The notes under the pieces were generated by a model that had not been told where the DNA came from, made no database searches, and saw only the letters and a list, made by a program, of their open reading frames with translations. Made by a program: the position numbers and the translations under genes. DNA of 38,474 bases from the IMG/VR virus record IMGVR_UViG_2778261226_000006; one strand, written 5' to 3'. Shown one piece after another: positions 1 through 9,737 of the stretch (positions are counted from its first letter, which is position 1; every line of letters begins with the position of its first letter). This DNA is from a virus. Lineage: Duplodnaviria > Heunggongvirae > Uroviricota > Caudoviricetes.

Positions 1-1053
1 TTACGGGGTAATGCCAACCGCTGCCGCCACTTTGTCGCCACTTGGCAGCGTTGCCAGAGGATTGAAACGGAGCGCCGTTTCCAGATGATCTGGTGCCAGA
101 TGTGCGTAACGCATAGTCATTTTTATATCGTGGTGTCCGAGAATTTTTTGTAAGGCGAGAATGTTTCCACCCGACATCATGAAGTGCGCCGCAAATGTAT
201 GGCGCAGAACGTGTGTGAGTTGACCGCGAGGGAGCACGATAGACGTTTTTTCCATCACGGATAAAAATTGAAAATAGCAGTCTGTAAAGAAATTGAACCC
301 ATCAAGCGCCATGATCTCTTCGTAAAGCTCTTTACTGATAGGGATGCTTCTGTTTTTCTTCCCCTTCGTTCTGACAAAGGTAATTCGGTATTTGGTCACC
401 TGTGAGCGGGTAAGATTTACGGCTTCACGCCAGCGTGCGCCTGTGCTTAAGCATATCTTAACTACCAGTGCCAGAATCGGGTCCTGACGTTTACAATCAG
501 CCAGCAATTCAACAATCTGCTCATGGGTAAGCCATGCCATCTCTTTTTCTGCGATGGTGAATTTTCGCATGTTCTCCAGTGGGTTCGGATACGACCATTC
601 GCCCAGGCGGGATAGTTCGCTAAAAACACTACTTAGATAGCTTTGCTCCAGGTTAATGGTGACCGGGCTTGCTCCTTTCTTCCATTTCTCGCTGAAGTAG
701 ATCTCACCTGTCAGGCGTTTATCTCGATAGTGGGCAAACATTTTAGAGGTGAGATCGGTTGCTAGGGGATTGCCCAGAGCGTCAACCATCAACAGCAATT
801 TATCATAGACATGCTGCCCAGCGGTTAGAGATTTACCATGTAGTTTGAACCATAGCTCAACCACGTCTTTCAGTGTTCGACGATCCACTGATTCTCCCAG
901 CCAGGGCTTTGCTTCGGTTTCTTCCATCGTATGGCGCTCAAAAGCCAGAGCTTCGCCTTTGGTGGCGAATTGTTTACGCACACGACGCCCACTACGTCCG
1001 GCGGGGTAACATTCGCAAAGCCATTTTCCTGTGGTGAGTTTTCGTACTGCCAT
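1..1053 (-). CDS. int: Tyrosine integrase (P2/186-family phage integrase)
   Basis: Track ORF 1..1131 (-); preferred start is ATG at 1051-1053 (Met27 of track ORF) preceded by GGAGGG SD; C-terminal HxxR...Y signature (HVLRHTFAAH ... RYAHL); stop codon occupies window positions 1-3. Confidence 0.85.
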   Translation of the reverse strand: MAVRKLTTGKWLCECYPAGRSGRRVRKQFATKGEALAFERHTMEETEAKPWLGESVDRRTLKDVVELWFKLHGKSLTAGQHVYDKLLLMVDALGNPLATDLTSKMFAHYRDKRLTGEIYFSEKWKKGASPVTINLEQSYLSSVFSELSRLGEWSYPNPLENMRKFTIAEKEMAWLTHEQIVELLADCKRQDPILALVVKICLSTGARWREAVNLTRSQVTKYRITFVRTKGKKNRSIPISKELYEEIMALDGFNFFTDCYFQFLSVMEKTSIVLPRGQLTHVLRHTFAAHFMMSGGNILALQKILGHHDIKMTMRYAHLAPDHLETALRFNPLATLPSGDKVAAAVGITP

Positions 1054-1239
1054 AAAAAATGCCCTCCAATAGAGAGCATTTTTACTGTATGTATAACCAG
1101 TGTCAATGTATGAAATCCTGCGACCATACATCTCACTGAAGCCATAATGAAGTTGGCTATTTTTTGCTATGTGAGTATGTGACTTTTGCGGTTAGCCTGC
1201 GGCTCATTGTTATATTAGGCGCAGATATAAAAGCAAAAT

Positions 1240-1431
1240 TTATCGCGAGTTTTTAGTACAGATTTTTTTTGATTTACTAATAGTTCCATCATTGCAAACG
1301 AACTTTCCATCGGAGGTACAGTGAGAGACACCTCCCTTTTTCCCAGAACAAGGATAATTTTTAGCATAGGTAGTTAGTGGGTTTAATAACAAAGAGCATG
1401 ATAAAACCACAAAAAATACCTTACCAAGCAT
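1240..1431 (-). CDS. Small secreted Cys-rich basic peptide, unknown function (candidate lysogenic-conversion moron)
   Basis: 63-aa ORF immediately downstream of repressor gene on same strand; strong SD (GGGAGGA) 5-6 nt before ATG at 1429-1431; N-terminal hydrophobic signal-like segment [23 protein letters not shown] then ~40-aa Lys-rich region with 4 Cys; AT-rich. Confidence 0.5.
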   Translation of the reverse strand: MLGKVFFVVLSCSLLLNPLTTYAKNYPCSGKKGGVSHCTSDGKFVCNDGTISKSKKICTKNSR

Positions 1432-1446
1432 AGTTTCCTCCCGGTA

Positions 1447-2016
1447 TTACCTAACGTACTTAATTGTTAAACTTATAATTTTCCCAATTATTTCAACATC
1501 TTCTATCTTGCACTCGAAGGCTCTGTTTCCACCTTCAACGAAGATTCTTCCACCGGGTAAACGAGTAATGTCGCGGATTGTTATTTCGCCATCAATACTT
1601 ATTACCCATTTACCGTCACGTATATCATCAAATTCTTTATCACAAATAAATTCAGAATTGTTATCTGTGATGACAAAAGGTTTTTTAAACGTAGAGGGTA
1701 GAAATCCCTTATCAAAAATATAAAAACCGTCTTCACGCAAGGCACCATCAGATAATACATATTTAGCAACTTCCATAGTATTTGTATTACCTGAAGTTTG
1801 CTTTGAACCATGTCCGGTTGTGAGCCAATTAAGCGAGGTGCCCGTTTCAAGGGCGCACTGGATTACCCATTCTGCTGGGAATGAGTCACGCATGTAGCGT
1901 GTGGCGAGTGTACTTTTAGAGATTCCTAAATGATCGCACAACGCCTGTCGAGTTTTGAATCCATAAGCTTCTACCATGCGCTCTATAGCGCCTCGTCCGC
2001 CTTTCTCCAAATTCAT
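1447..2016 (-). CDS. cI: CI-type immunity repressor (186-like, long form with N-terminal HTH)
   Basis: Track ORF 1447..2022 begins with GTG; in-frame ATG at 2014-2016 has GGAG SD; HTH-like segment RQALCDHLGISKSTLATRYMRD; divergent from apl/cox-like gene; position between int and cox as in P2/186 prophages. Confidence 0.8.
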   Translation of the reverse strand: MNLEKGGRGAIERMVEAYGFKTRQALCDHLGISKSTLATRYMRDSFPAEWVIQCALETGTSLNWLTTGHGSKQTSGNTNTMEVAKYVLSDGALREDGFYIFDKGFLPSTFKKPFVITDNNSEFICDKEFDDIRDGKWVISIDGEITIRDITRLPGGRIFVEGGNRAFECKIEDVEIIGKIISLTIKYVR

Positions 2017-2141
2017 GGTCACTCCAAGTGAACTTTTATCTTGACGATTTCAATGTGCGATCGTATGTTTATGGTGTTCACAAAATACAAACGATCCGTA
2101 TTCGTCCTGATTAATCATCATTAAACGAGGAATGTTGCATC
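2017..2141. promoter_or_regulatory. Divergent lysis/lysogeny switch region (operators and promoters between cI and apl/cox)
   Basis: 125-bp intergenic region between divergently transcribed repressor and cox/apl; inverted hexamers GTGAAC (2028-2033) and GTTCAC (2076-2081); TTGACG -35-like hexamer at 2041-2046; exact operators not resolved. Confidence 0.35.
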
Positions 2142-2363
2142 ATGAGACCTAACATTTCAATCACTCTTACCACGCCTCATGTGACTATTGAACGCTATAG
2201 CGAGCTGACAGGGCTGTCCATCGATACCATCAATGACATGTTGGCTGACGGACGCCTTATCCGTCACCGTCTGCGCAAAGATAAAAAACGTGAAAAAGTG
2301 ATGATCAACATAGCAGCCATGACCGTTGATGCGCTTTCAGAATGCAATCTAAACCTTAATTAG
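2142..2363 (+). CDS. Cox/Apl-type excisionase and switch regulator
   Basis: 73-aa ORF, first gene of rightward early operon, SD ACGAGGAA before ATG 2142; size and position match P2 Cox / 186 Apl. Confidence 0.7.
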   Translation: MRPNISITLTTPHVTIERYSELTGLSIDTINDMLADGRLIRHRLRKDKKREKVMINIAAMTVDALSECNLNLN

Positions 2364-2395
2364 TTCGATTCTGAAATACATCAGAGGCATTGACC

Positions 2396-2905
2396 ATGTT
2401 TGATTACCAAGTTTCCAAACATCCACATTTTGATGAAGCCTGTCGTGCATTCGCATTGCGCCACAACCTAGTGCAACTGGCAGAACGTGCAGGCATGAAT
2501 GTGCAGATTCTGCGGAACAAGCTGAACCCAGCTCAACCTCATTTATTAACCGCACCAGAAATCTGGTTGCTTACCGATCTGACTGAAGATTCAACGCTGG
2601 TAGATGGCTTTCTGGCACAGATTCACTGCCTGCCATGTGTACCGATTAATGAGGTGGCAAAAGAGAAACTGCCGCATTACGTCATGAGTGCAACTGCAGA
2701 GATAGGGCGTGTCGCGGCAGGTGCGGTTTCTGGCGATGTAAAAACCAGTGCAGGCCGTCGTGATGCGATCAGCAGCATTAACTCTGTTACACGACTGATG
2801 GCGCTGGCTGCTGTTTCATTGCAGGCCCGTTTACAGGCTAATCCTGCGATGGCGAGTGCAGTTGATACCGTGACTGGCCTCGGTGCTTCATTCGGTTTGC
2901 TGTGA
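2396..2905 (+). CDS. cII: CII-like early regulatory protein (186 CII family)
   Basis: Track ORF starts at TTG 2390; ATG at 2396 with GAGG SD gives 169 aa, the size I recall for 186 CII; position immediately after apl/cox. Confidence 0.55.
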   Translation: MFDYQVSKHPHFDEACRAFALRHNLVQLAERAGMNVQILRNKLNPAQPHLLTAPEIWLLTDLTEDSTLVDGFLAQIHCLPCVPINEVAKEKLPHYVMSATAEIGRVAAGAVSGDVKTSAGRRDAISSINSVTRLMALAAVSLQARLQANPAMASAVDTVTGLGASFGLL

Positions 2906-2912
2906 GGTGCTT

Positions 2913-3113
2913 ATGCTGACGAAAGAACCATCATTTGCATCGCTGCTGGTAAAACAAAGTCCGGCAATGCACTACGGTCACGGCTGGATCATGGGTGAGG
3001 ATGGTACACGCTGGCATCCGTGCCGTTCACAAGATGAATTGCTGGCAGAACTATCTACGAAAAAACGGGGGAACAAATGGCTATTGAAGGCGCTGCGGCG
3101 ACTGTTCCATTAA
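2913..3113 (+). CDS. Hypothetical early-region protein
   Basis: ATG 2913 preceded by GAGGTG SD, immediately after cII stop (2903-2905); 66 aa; no recognisable motif. Confidence 0.4.
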   Translation: MLTKEPSFASLLVKQSPAMHYGHGWIMGEDGTRWHPCRSQDELLAELSTKKRGNKWLLKALRRLFH

Positions 3114-3418
3114 GACCCGGTGAACGCCTGAATGGACTTAATCATATTGCGGAGTTAAGGGCGAAAGTTTTTGGTTTGAATATTGAGTCAGAGCTTGAGC
3201 GGTTTATTAAAGATATGCGTGATCCTCGGGATATCAATAATGAACAAAATAAACGGGCACTGGCTGCCATATTCTTTATGGCAAAAATTCCAGCTGAACG
3301 TCATAGCATCAGCATTAATGAGCTGACCACTGACGAAAAGCGGGAGTTGATTAAAGCAATGAATCATTTTCGTGCAGTGGTGAGCTTATTTCCCAGACGG
3401 CTAACCATGCCGAATTAA
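3077..3418 (+). CDS. Hypothetical early-region protein
   Basis: 113-aa ORF with GGGGGAA SD before ATG 3077; overlaps the preceding ORF in another frame. Confidence 0.45.
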   Translation: MAIEGAAATVPLRPGERLNGLNHIAELRAKVFGLNIESELERFIKDMRDPRDINNEQNKRALAAIFFMAKIPAERHSISINELTTDEKRELIKAMNHFRAVVSLFPRRLTMPN

Positions 3419-3485
3419 CCAACTAATGAAATTAATGGCGTAAACCCGCCGGGCATCCCTTTATCTAAATTCAGGAGAATTGCTT

Positions 3486-3719
3486 ATGCGTAATATTGAA
3501 ACCCTCACGACCAAAACCGGACCGGATGATGCAGGTCTTAATCTTTTACTGACAGAGGCTCGTCTGGAAGAACGCCGGGCAAGGGCTGAAGCAATGGCTG
3601 CTCGCCTCGATAGCCTGGCGTGTCATATCACCTCCCGCCAGCTAAACCACGTCGAAGCGGCAGAACTGCTGCGTGTGACTGCTGAAGCAATCCAGAACGA
3701 AGCGCAGGAGATCCACTGA
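3486..3719 (+). CDS. Hypothetical early-region protein (helical, Arg/Glu-rich)
   Basis: ATG 3486 with AGGAGA SD 7 nt upstream; 77 aa; stop TGA overlaps next start (TGATG at 3717-3721). Confidence 0.45.
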   Translation: MRNIETLTTKTGPDDAGLNLLLTEARLEERRARAEAMAARLDSLACHITSRQLNHVEAAELLRVTAEAIQNEAQEIH

Positions 3720-3946
3720 TGGCTGATGCAATGGATCTCGTACAGCAGCGCGTTGAAGAAGAACGCCAACGCCATATCCGTGCTGCCCGTGCCAAAACGC
3801 CGGGCGTGTCCCGCGTGCTTTGCGTTGAGTGTGAAGCGCCAATTCCGCCAGCACGCCGCCGTGCCATTCCGGGTGTGCAGCTTTGCATTACCTGTCAGGA
3901 AATCGCAGAGCTGAAAGGCAAACATTACAACGGATGTGCTGTATGA
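3719..3946 (+). CDS. TraR/DksA-family C4 zinc-finger protein
   Basis: 75 aa with CxxC...CxxC (CVECEAPI ... CITCQE) in the arrangement typical of phage TraR-like proteins; translationally coupled to flanking genes. Confidence 0.7.
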   Translation: MADAMDLVQQRVEEERQRHIRAARAKTPGVSRVLCVECEAPIPPARRRAIPGVQLCITCQEIAELKGKHYNGCAV

Positions 3947-4797
3947 GCACCATCCTGAAATGGGCAGGAAATAAAACCGCCATAATGTCCGAACTGAAAA
4001 AGCATCTTCCTGCTGGCCCGCGACTGGTTGAACCTTTCGCGGGTTCCTGTGCAGTGATGATGGAGACGGATTATCCCAGCTATCTTGTTGCGGATATTAA
4101 TCCTGATTTAATCAACCTCTATAAAAAGGTTGCTGCTGATTGTGAGGCGTTTATATCTCGTGCCAGAGCTTTATTTGAGGAAGCAAACAGGGAGGTGGCT
4201 TATTACAACATAAGGCAGGAGTTTAATTACTCCACTGAAATTACTGATTTCATGAAAGCGGTATATTTCCTGTATCTCAATCGTCACGGTTACCGTGGTT
4301 TATGTCGCTATAACAAGAGCAGGCATTTCAACATTCCCTACGGTAATTATAAAAATCCGTATTTCCCTGAAAAAGAAATTCGCGCATTTGCAGAGAAAGC
4401 CCAGCGGGCAACGTTTATCTGCGCCAGCTTTGATGAAACGCTGGCGATGTTGAAGGTGGGGGATGTGGTGTATTGCGATCCGCCTTATGACGGTACGTTT
4501 TCCGGCTATCACACTGATGGTTTCACTGAAGATGATCAGTATCACCTGGCATCCATTCTTGAACATCGGTCATCAGAAGGACATCCGGTCATTGTTTCTA
4601 ACAGTAACACGTCTTTGACCCGGTCCCTTTATCGTAATTTCACTCACCACTACATCAGGGCGAAACGCAGCATCGGCGTTGCAGCGGGGGAGGGAAAATT
4701 TGCAACAGAGATGATTGCCACTAAATCTGCTAATTGGTTTAGTGCCGATTTTAGTAGGGGACGTGACTCTACTGTTATTTTCGGGGTGCAAGTGTGA
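3943..4797 (+). CDS. dam: DNA adenine (N6) methyltransferase, Dam family
   Basis: ATGA overlap with upstream stop (3943-3946); SAM-binding motif FAGSCAV near N-terminus and catalytic DPPY motif; track ORF 3883..4797 has a likely spurious 5' extension. Confidence 0.85.
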   Translation: MSTILKWAGNKTAIMSELKKHLPAGPRLVEPFAGSCAVMMETDYPSYLVADINPDLINLYKKVAADCEAFISRARALFEEANREVAYYNIRQEFNYSTEITDFMKAVYFLYLNRHGYRGLCRYNKSRHFNIPYGNYKNPYFPEKEIRAFAEKAQRATFICASFDETLAMLKVGDVVYCDPPYDGTFSGYHTDGFTEDDQYHLASILEHRSSEGHPVIVSNSNTSLTRSLYRNFTHHYIRAKRSIGVAAGEGKFATEMIATKSANWFSADFSRGRDSTVIFGVQV

Positions 4798-5624
4798 AAG
4801 AAATGCACCACGGAATTCATCATTTCCATGGGACGCCTGTCTGGGGAAGTGCTGGCGACGTTCATCGTATTGCGGTGAGCGGAGCTGGCGCTTTCGTCTC
4901 CTATGTACGACCAGATCAGATTGCGGCGTCCATTCAGCACGCTCAGGTCGTCGGCATTGATAACGGCGCATTTTCTGCATGGGTGCGTGGGCTAAAAATT
5001 AACTGGAGTGATTTTTATAAATGGCTCCTGAACTATTACCACCATCCTAAGGTCGCTTTTTTTGTCATTCCTGATGTTGTGGACGGAGGTGAACGTGACA
5101 ATGATGCCCTGATAAACGAAGTTCCGAAAATGTTCTACGGGAAGGCAACTCCCGTCTGGCATCTGCACGAGTCAATCGATCGGCTTATCGAGCTATGTCG
5201 TGAATGGCCTCGTGTCTGCTTTGGATCGTCTGGTGAATATGCGGCTATCAGAACTGCGCACTGGCATCGTCGTATGCAGGACGCTTTTGAAGCAATTTAT
5301 TGCCGACACAATTTCAAAACAGCTGTTCATGGTTTGCGCATGCTTGACGGTCGTGTGTTGGGAAATTACCCACTGGCGACTGCCGACAGTACAAATCTTG
5401 CCTGCAATGTCCCCAAATTTAATAGCAAATATCCTGAGCTGACGCGGGCTATTCAGGAGGCTGAGTATTCGCGCAATCTGACGGAAAAGGAGCTGAAAGC
5501 TGTCATTCTGAAAAACCGTTGCGCAATTTTAAAAGGTGCAATTGAAGCTGTTCGCCCACCTTCAGTTTCTGATTGGCTGTCGAATGGTTTGCAGCCTTCA
5601 CAGCTCGAACTGGAGATTGCGTAA
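4794..5624 (+). CDS. Hypothetical protein co-operonic with dam; possible TGT-fold (DpdA-like) enzyme, unverified
   Basis: 276-aa ORF overlapping dam stop (GTGA) and A start (TAATG); His-rich N-terminus; segment [12 protein letters not shown] resembles the D-S/N-G-G/A-F catalytic loop of tRNA-guanine transglycosylase-fold proteins; no C-terminal Zn CxCxxC; function assignment is a by-eye hypothesis. Confidence 0.5.
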   Translation: MKEMHHGIHHFHGTPVWGSAGDVHRIAVSGAGAFVSYVRPDQIAASIQHAQVVGIDNGAFSAWVRGLKINWSDFYKWLLNYYHHPKVAFFVIPDVVDGGERDNDALINEVPKMFYGKATPVWHLHESIDRLIELCREWPRVCFGSSGEYAAIRTAHWHRRMQDAFEAIYCRHNFKTAVHGLRMLDGRVLGNYPLATADSTNLACNVPKFNSKYPELTRAIQEAEYSRNLTEKELKAVILKNRCAILKGAIEAVRPPSVSDWLSNGLQPSQLELEIA

Positions 5625-7996
5625 TGAACTACAGCTATTCCTGGAATGCTGAGAAAAAAGCAATCAATCCTTACGTAGAGACAGAAGAGCAATCTTCAGT
5701 TTCTGCGCTTTCAAACCTGATCGCTCTGTACGCTGCCGATAACGAGCAGGAACAGCTGCGCCGCGAGGCACTGAGTGATCAGGTCTGGGAGCGTTATTTC
5801 TTTAATGAATCCCGTGATCCTGTCCAGCGCGAAATGGAGCAGGATAAGCTCATTAGTCGGGCAAAGCTGGCGCATGAGCAGCAGCGTTTTAATCCAGATA
5901 TGGTCATTCTGGCGGACGTCAATGCCCAGCCTTCCCATATCAGCAAGCCGCTGATGCAACGTATTGAATACTTCAGCAGCCTGGGCAGGCCAAAGGCTTA
6001 TTCCCGCTATTTGCGTGAGACGATTAAGCCATGTCTGGAACGGCTGGAGCATGTACGCGACTGTCAGCTATCCACTTCTTTTCGCTTTATGGCAAGCCAT
6101 GAAGGGCTGGACGGCCTGCTGATCCTGCCTGAAATGAGTCAGGATCAGGTGAAACGCCTGTCCACCCTGGTAGCTGCGCATATGAGCATGTGCCTTGATG
6201 CAGCTTGTGGCGATTTGTATGTCACCGATGACGTTAAGCCAGAAGAAATCCGCAAGACATGGGAAAAGGTGGCAGCGGAAACCCTGCGTCTGGATGTCAT
6301 CCCGCCTGCGTTTGAGCAACTCCGCCGGAAAAGAAACCGCCGTAAACCCGTGCCCTATGAACTCATTCCGGGTTCGCTGGCGCGTATGTTGTGCGCTGAC
6401 TGGTGGTACCGGAAATTATGGAAGATGCGTTGCGAATGGCGGGAAGAGCAGTTGCGTGCTGTCTGCCTGGTCAGCAAAAAAGCATCTCCCTATGTCAGCT
6501 ATGAAGCCGTGATGCATAAACGTGAGCAGCGCCGTAAGTCGCTGGAGTTTTTTCGTTCTCATGAACTGGTGAACGAAGACGGCGACACGCTGGACATGGA
6601 GGATGTGGTAAACGCCAGCAGCAGCAACCCTGCGCATCGCCGCAATGAGATGATGGCCTGTGTTAAAGGCCTGGAGCTTATCGCGGAAATGCGCGGTGAC
6701 TGCGCCGTTTTCTACACCATCACCTGTCCGTCACGTTTCCATTCCACGCTAAATAATGGCAGGCCCAACCCAACTTGGACAAATGCGACGGTAAGACAAA
6801 GCAGTGATTATCTGGTCGGCATATTTGCTGCATTTCGTAAGGCGATGCACAAAGCCGGATTGCGGTGGTATGGCGTGCGGGTGGCTGAGCCGCATCATGA
6901 CGGTACAGTTCACTGGCACCTGTTGTGTTTTATGCGCAAAAAAGACCGCCGCGCCATCACTGCATTACTGCGTAAGTTTGCCATCCGTGAAGACCGCGAG
7001 GAACTGGGCAATAACACTGGGCCGCGCTTTAAGTCTGAGTTGATTAACCCGCGCAAAGGTACGCCAACAAGCTACATCGCGAAATACATCAGTAAGAACA
7101 TTGACGGGCGTGGTCTGGCTGGCGAGATCAGCAAGGAAACGGGTAAATCTCTGCGTGATAACGCTGAATACGTTAATGCCTGGGCGTCTCTGCATCGTGT
7201 TCAGCAATTCCGCTTCTTTGGCATTCCGGGGCGTCAGGCTTACCGTGAACTGCGATTGCTGGCTGGTCAGGCGGCAAGGCAACAGGGTGACAAAAAAGCA
7301 GGTGCGCCGGTACTGGATAACCCGCGCCTTGATGCCATTCTGGCTGCAGCTGATGCTGGTTGCTTTGCCACCTACATCATGAAGCAGGGCGGCGTACTGG
7401 TTCCCCGTAAATATCACCTCATCAGAACCGCTTATGAAATCAACGAAGAGCCGACCGCCTATGGCGATCACGGTATTCGTATTTATGGCATCTGGTCACC
7501 CATTGCAGAGGGCAAGATCTGCACTCATGCAGTGAAGTGGAAAATGGTTCGTAAAGCCGTTGACGTTCAGGAGGCGGCAGCCGACCAGGGCGCTTGCGCC
7601 CCTTGGACTCGTGGCAATAACTGTCCCCTTGCTGAAAATTTGAACCAACAAGGGAAAGACAAATCAGCTGATGGGGATACCAGAACGGACATTACCCACA
7701 TGGATGACAAGGAGTTGCACGATTACCTGCACAGTATGAACAAAAAAGAGCGCCGGGAACTGGCTGCAAGGTTACGCCTGGTGAAACCGAAACGGCGTAG
7801 AGACTACAAACAGCGAATTACAGACCATCAACGACAGCAGCTCGTCTATGAACTGAAGTCCAGAGGATTTGATGGCAGCGAGAAAGAGGTCGATTTACTC
7901 CTTCGCGGCGGCAGTATTCCGTCAGGAGCAGGCCTGCGTGTCTTCTATCGGAACCAGCGTTTGCAGGAAGATGATAAGTGGCGGAACCTGTATTAA
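5624..7996 (+). CDS. A: Replication initiation protein A (rolling-circle HUH endonuclease)
   Basis: 790 aa from ATG 5624 (TAATG overlap with upstream gene); HUH-like motif VHWHLL and two-tyrosine motif YIAKYISK (Y-x3-Y); size and position match P2/186 gene A; track ORF 5573 start is a likely 5' extension. Confidence 0.85.
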   Translation: MNYSYSWNAEKKAINPYVETEEQSSVSALSNLIALYAADNEQEQLRREALSDQVWERYFFNESRDPVQREMEQDKLISRAKLAHEQQRFNPDMVILADVNAQPSHISKPLMQRIEYFSSLGRPKAYSRYLRETIKPCLERLEHVRDCQLSTSFRFMASHEGLDGLLILPEMSQDQVKRLSTLVAAHMSMCLDAACGDLYVTDDVKPEEIRKTWEKVAAETLRLDVIPPAFEQLRRKRNRRKPVPYELIPGSLARMLCADWWYRKLWKMRCEWREEQLRAVCLVSKKASPYVSYEAVMHKREQRRKSLEFFRSHELVNEDGDTLDMEDVVNASSSNPAHRRNEMMACVKGLELIAEMRGDCAVFYTITCPSRFHSTLNNGRPNPTWTNATVRQSSDYLVGIFAAFRKAMHKAGLRWYGVRVAEPHHDGTVHWHLLCFMRKKDRRAITALLRKFAIREDREELGNNTGPRFKSELINPRKGTPTSYIAKYISKNIDGRGLAGEISKETGKSLRDNAEYVNAWASLHRVQQFRFFGIPGRQAYRELRLLAGQAARQQGDKKAGAPVLDNPRLDAILAAADAGCFATYIMKQGGVLVPRKYHLIRTAYEINEEPTAYGDHGIRIYGIWSPIAEGKICTHAVKWKMVRKAVDVQEAAADQGACAPWTRGNNCPLAENLNQQGKDKSADGDTRTDITHMDDKELHDYLHSMNKKERRELAARLRLVKPKRRRDYKQRITDHQRQQLVYELKSRGFDGSEKEVDLLLRGGSIPSGAGLRVFYRNQRLQEDDKWRNLY

Positions 7997-8090
7997 TTAC
8001 GCGGGTTAACAATTCGTGCTCTTAATAATACCAGGCATATCAGGCTGATGAACGTAAAAAAACGTTTTACATCAGTAAGATTATTATATA

Positions 8091-8106
8091 CTGTAAATAT
8101 AAACAG
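8091..8106. promoter_or_regulatory. LexA (SOS) box CTGT-N8-ACAG
   Basis: taCTGTaaatataaACAGtg matches the LexA consensus CTGT-N8-ACAG with AT-rich spacer; lies about 45 bp upstream of the small ORF / DinI-like pair. Confidence 0.5.
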
Positions 8107-8149
8107 TGGTTATCTATACAGTATTGTTTGCGGTGTCATAGGAGGAAAG

Positions 8150-8338
8150 ATGCAGGACTATTTTTTGGAGTCTTTGAAGCTCCAGCGCATTGATTTTTTT
8201 CTTAAGCTTGTAGCGGCTAGTGAGTGTAGTGATGAAGAGAAGGGGCTGGCCCTGCAGTGGGTTTCTGAATTGACTGATGAACTCATGGCAAAAATCAGAA
8301 GCCACGAATACAACCGCTCAATGGATGTCATCAGCTGA
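8150..8338 (+). CDS. Small hypothetical protein (SOS-controlled operon, first gene)
   Basis: ATG 8150 preceded by strong SD AGGAGGAAAG; 62 aa; track ORF 8048..8338 has a 5' extension through the promoter region. Confidence 0.45.
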   Translation: MQDYFLESLKLQRIDFFLKLVAASECSDEEKGLALQWVSELTDELMAKIRSHEYNRSMDVIS

Positions 8339-8348
8339 GGTGACTTTT

Positions 8349-8582
8349 ATGCGCATTGAAATAATGATCGATAAAGAGCAGAAGATTAGCCAGTCTACCC
8401 TGGACGCTCTGGAGTCCGAGCTTTACCGCAACCTGCAACCCATCTATCCCAAGACCGCTATCCGCATCCGTAAAGGGTCGGCAAACGGCGTTGAGCTGAG
8501 TGGCTTAAAGCTTGATGAAGACAAAAAGCGGGTGATGGAAATTATGCAACAGGTTTGGGAAGACGACAGCTGGCTGCACTAA
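8349..8582 (+). CDS. DinI-like protein (DinI / Tum C-terminal family)
   Basis: 77 aa starting MRIEIMIDK and ending ...QQVWEDDSWLH, matching the DinI pattern MRIEV ... W..D.W as I recall it; SD GAGGTG; downstream of LexA box. Confidence 0.7.
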   Translation: MRIEIMIDKEQKISQSTLDALESELYRNLQPIYPKTAIRIRKGSANGVELSGLKLDEDKKRVMEIMQQVWEDDSWLH

Positions 8583-8700
8583 GGAACGTTCCTGATGTAA
8601 GAACTTGAATCTGACGTCAGCAAGGTTGAACAACGAGAGTAGCGAGGCGTTAGCCATGGGTAAAAAAGACAGTAATCACCAGATTATTTATCGGGGCTAG

Positions 8701-8916
8701 GTGCTGGAACGTTTAACCCTTGGCGACTGGGTCTTCTTTCAACGCCCAAAGGAGTGTGGCGGAGGTTTTTGGTTGGGCCGCATCTATGAAGACTGCTTCT
8801 GGCTTGAGCTGGAATTCCCCGTTTCGCTATATGACGGCCTGGGGTTTTTGATGGAAGTCACTAGGGTAGAGCAGAGAAGTGATGAGGTTGACGCGAATTA
8901 TCCCCTGTTTGATTAA
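8701..8916 (+). CDS. Possible small hypothetical protein (GTG start)
   Basis: 71-aa ORF with GTG start and GGGG upstream; no recognisable motif; may be spurious. Confidence 0.2.
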   Translation: MLERLTLGDWVFFQRPKECGGGFWLGRIYEDCFWLELEFPVSLYDGLGFLMEVTRVEQRSDEVDANYPLFD

Positions 8917-8935
8917 AAATGTATTAGCTTATAAT
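8908..8935 (+). promoter_or_regulatory. Candidate sigma70 promoter for the 203-aa ORF
   Basis: -10 TATAAT (8930-8935) with -35-like TTTGAT (8908-8913) at 16-bp spacing; 30 bp upstream of ATG 8965. Confidence 0.3.
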
Positions 8936-8964
8936 GGAATACTATTTTTGCAGGTGGGGGCGCA

Positions 8965-9576
8965 ATGGATTTAGTCTTTAAAGTTCTGGCTTCGTTGGGT
9001 GGGGTGTCTTTTGTTGCATCTGGCATATTTGTTTGGATCGGGAAAGTTTATTTAGAAAGATATAAGTCGCGGCTAAACAAAGATATTGCTGAATTTCAAT
9101 CACAACTGAGTGCAACTAATGAAAGAATAAAGGCTAAGTTAGACAATTCTGTTTATGTAACGAAAGCGTATTTTGATAAGGAGTTATCAGCATATAGTCT
9201 CATTTGGAATTCGATGTTTGAAACCAGAGAAAGCGTGCTTAAGCTGAGGCCTGCGCTGGATCATGTTGACCCCAACGAACCATTTGAAGAGAGAAAATTT
9301 AGAAGGTTGAAAGTTTTTTTTGATGCATTTAACACTTTTGTTACAAGTGTTGAATCTAACAAACCGTTCATCTCACCAGAGGTTTATATAATCTTGGACC
9401 GTTTCCGGAAGGAATGCCTTTCAGAGTCAATATCGTTTAAGCATAGCGATCCAGAATTTGACGGGCAAAATTATTGGAAAGAGGCGGAGTTGAACCATAC
9501 AACCATCACCAAGCTTTTTGATGAGACGTGTGATGCAATTCGAAACAGGATGCACACATTAACTGTGGTTACGTAG
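8965..9576 (+). CDS. Membrane-anchored hypothetical protein in the tin/old position (candidate exclusion/defence gene)
   Basis: 203 aa; N-terminal hydrophobic helix VLASLGGVSFVASGIFVWIG followed by charged helical domain; AT-rich relative to phage core; own promoter and SD GGTGGGGG; located between replication gene and candidate cos. Confidence 0.6.
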   Translation: MDLVFKVLASLGGVSFVASGIFVWIGKVYLERYKSRLNKDIAEFQSQLSATNERIKAKLDNSVYVTKAYFDKELSAYSLIWNSMFETRESVLKLRPALDHVDPNEPFEERKFRRLKVFFDAFNTFVTSVESNKPFISPEVYIILDRFRKECLSESISFKHSDPEFDGQNYWKEAELNHTTITKLFDETCDAIRNRMHTLTVVT

Positions 9577-9668
9577 GTTTCCAAAAAGTCTCGATGCCCG
9601 CTTTGGAGATTGTGCATGTCTATGCCGCATGAATCCGCATGATCGTTTGAGGATCGTTTTAGCTGAGG

Positions 9669-9694
9669 CCCGCCAGGAGTGGCGGGATTTTGCT
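9669..9694 (+). terminator. Candidate terminator hairpin after the 203-aa ORF
   Basis: CCCGCC (9669-9674) / GGCGGG (9681-9686) stem with 6-nt loop, followed by ATTTTGCTT. Confidence 0.3.
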
Positions 9695-9737
9695 TATGTC
9701 ATGCAGGCGCATGAAAACCGCTACATAAAGCGGGCAG

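Noticed and set aside
5573-5623. 5' extensions of several track ORFs (A from 5573, int to 1131, L from 18488, J from 22651, ogr from 34793, dam from 3883)
   Set aside because: Each has an internal start with a proper Shine-Dalgarno sequence and/or stop-start overlap with the upstream gene, and the shorter forms match the expected protein sizes; the extensions overlap upstream genes or promoters.
8583-8621. Perfect palindromes AGGAACGTTCCT (8583-8594) and CTGACGTCAG (8612-8621) downstream of the DinI-like gene
   Set aside because: Short palindromes with no flanking U-tract or recognisable binding-site consensus; could be chance or restriction-site-like sequences.
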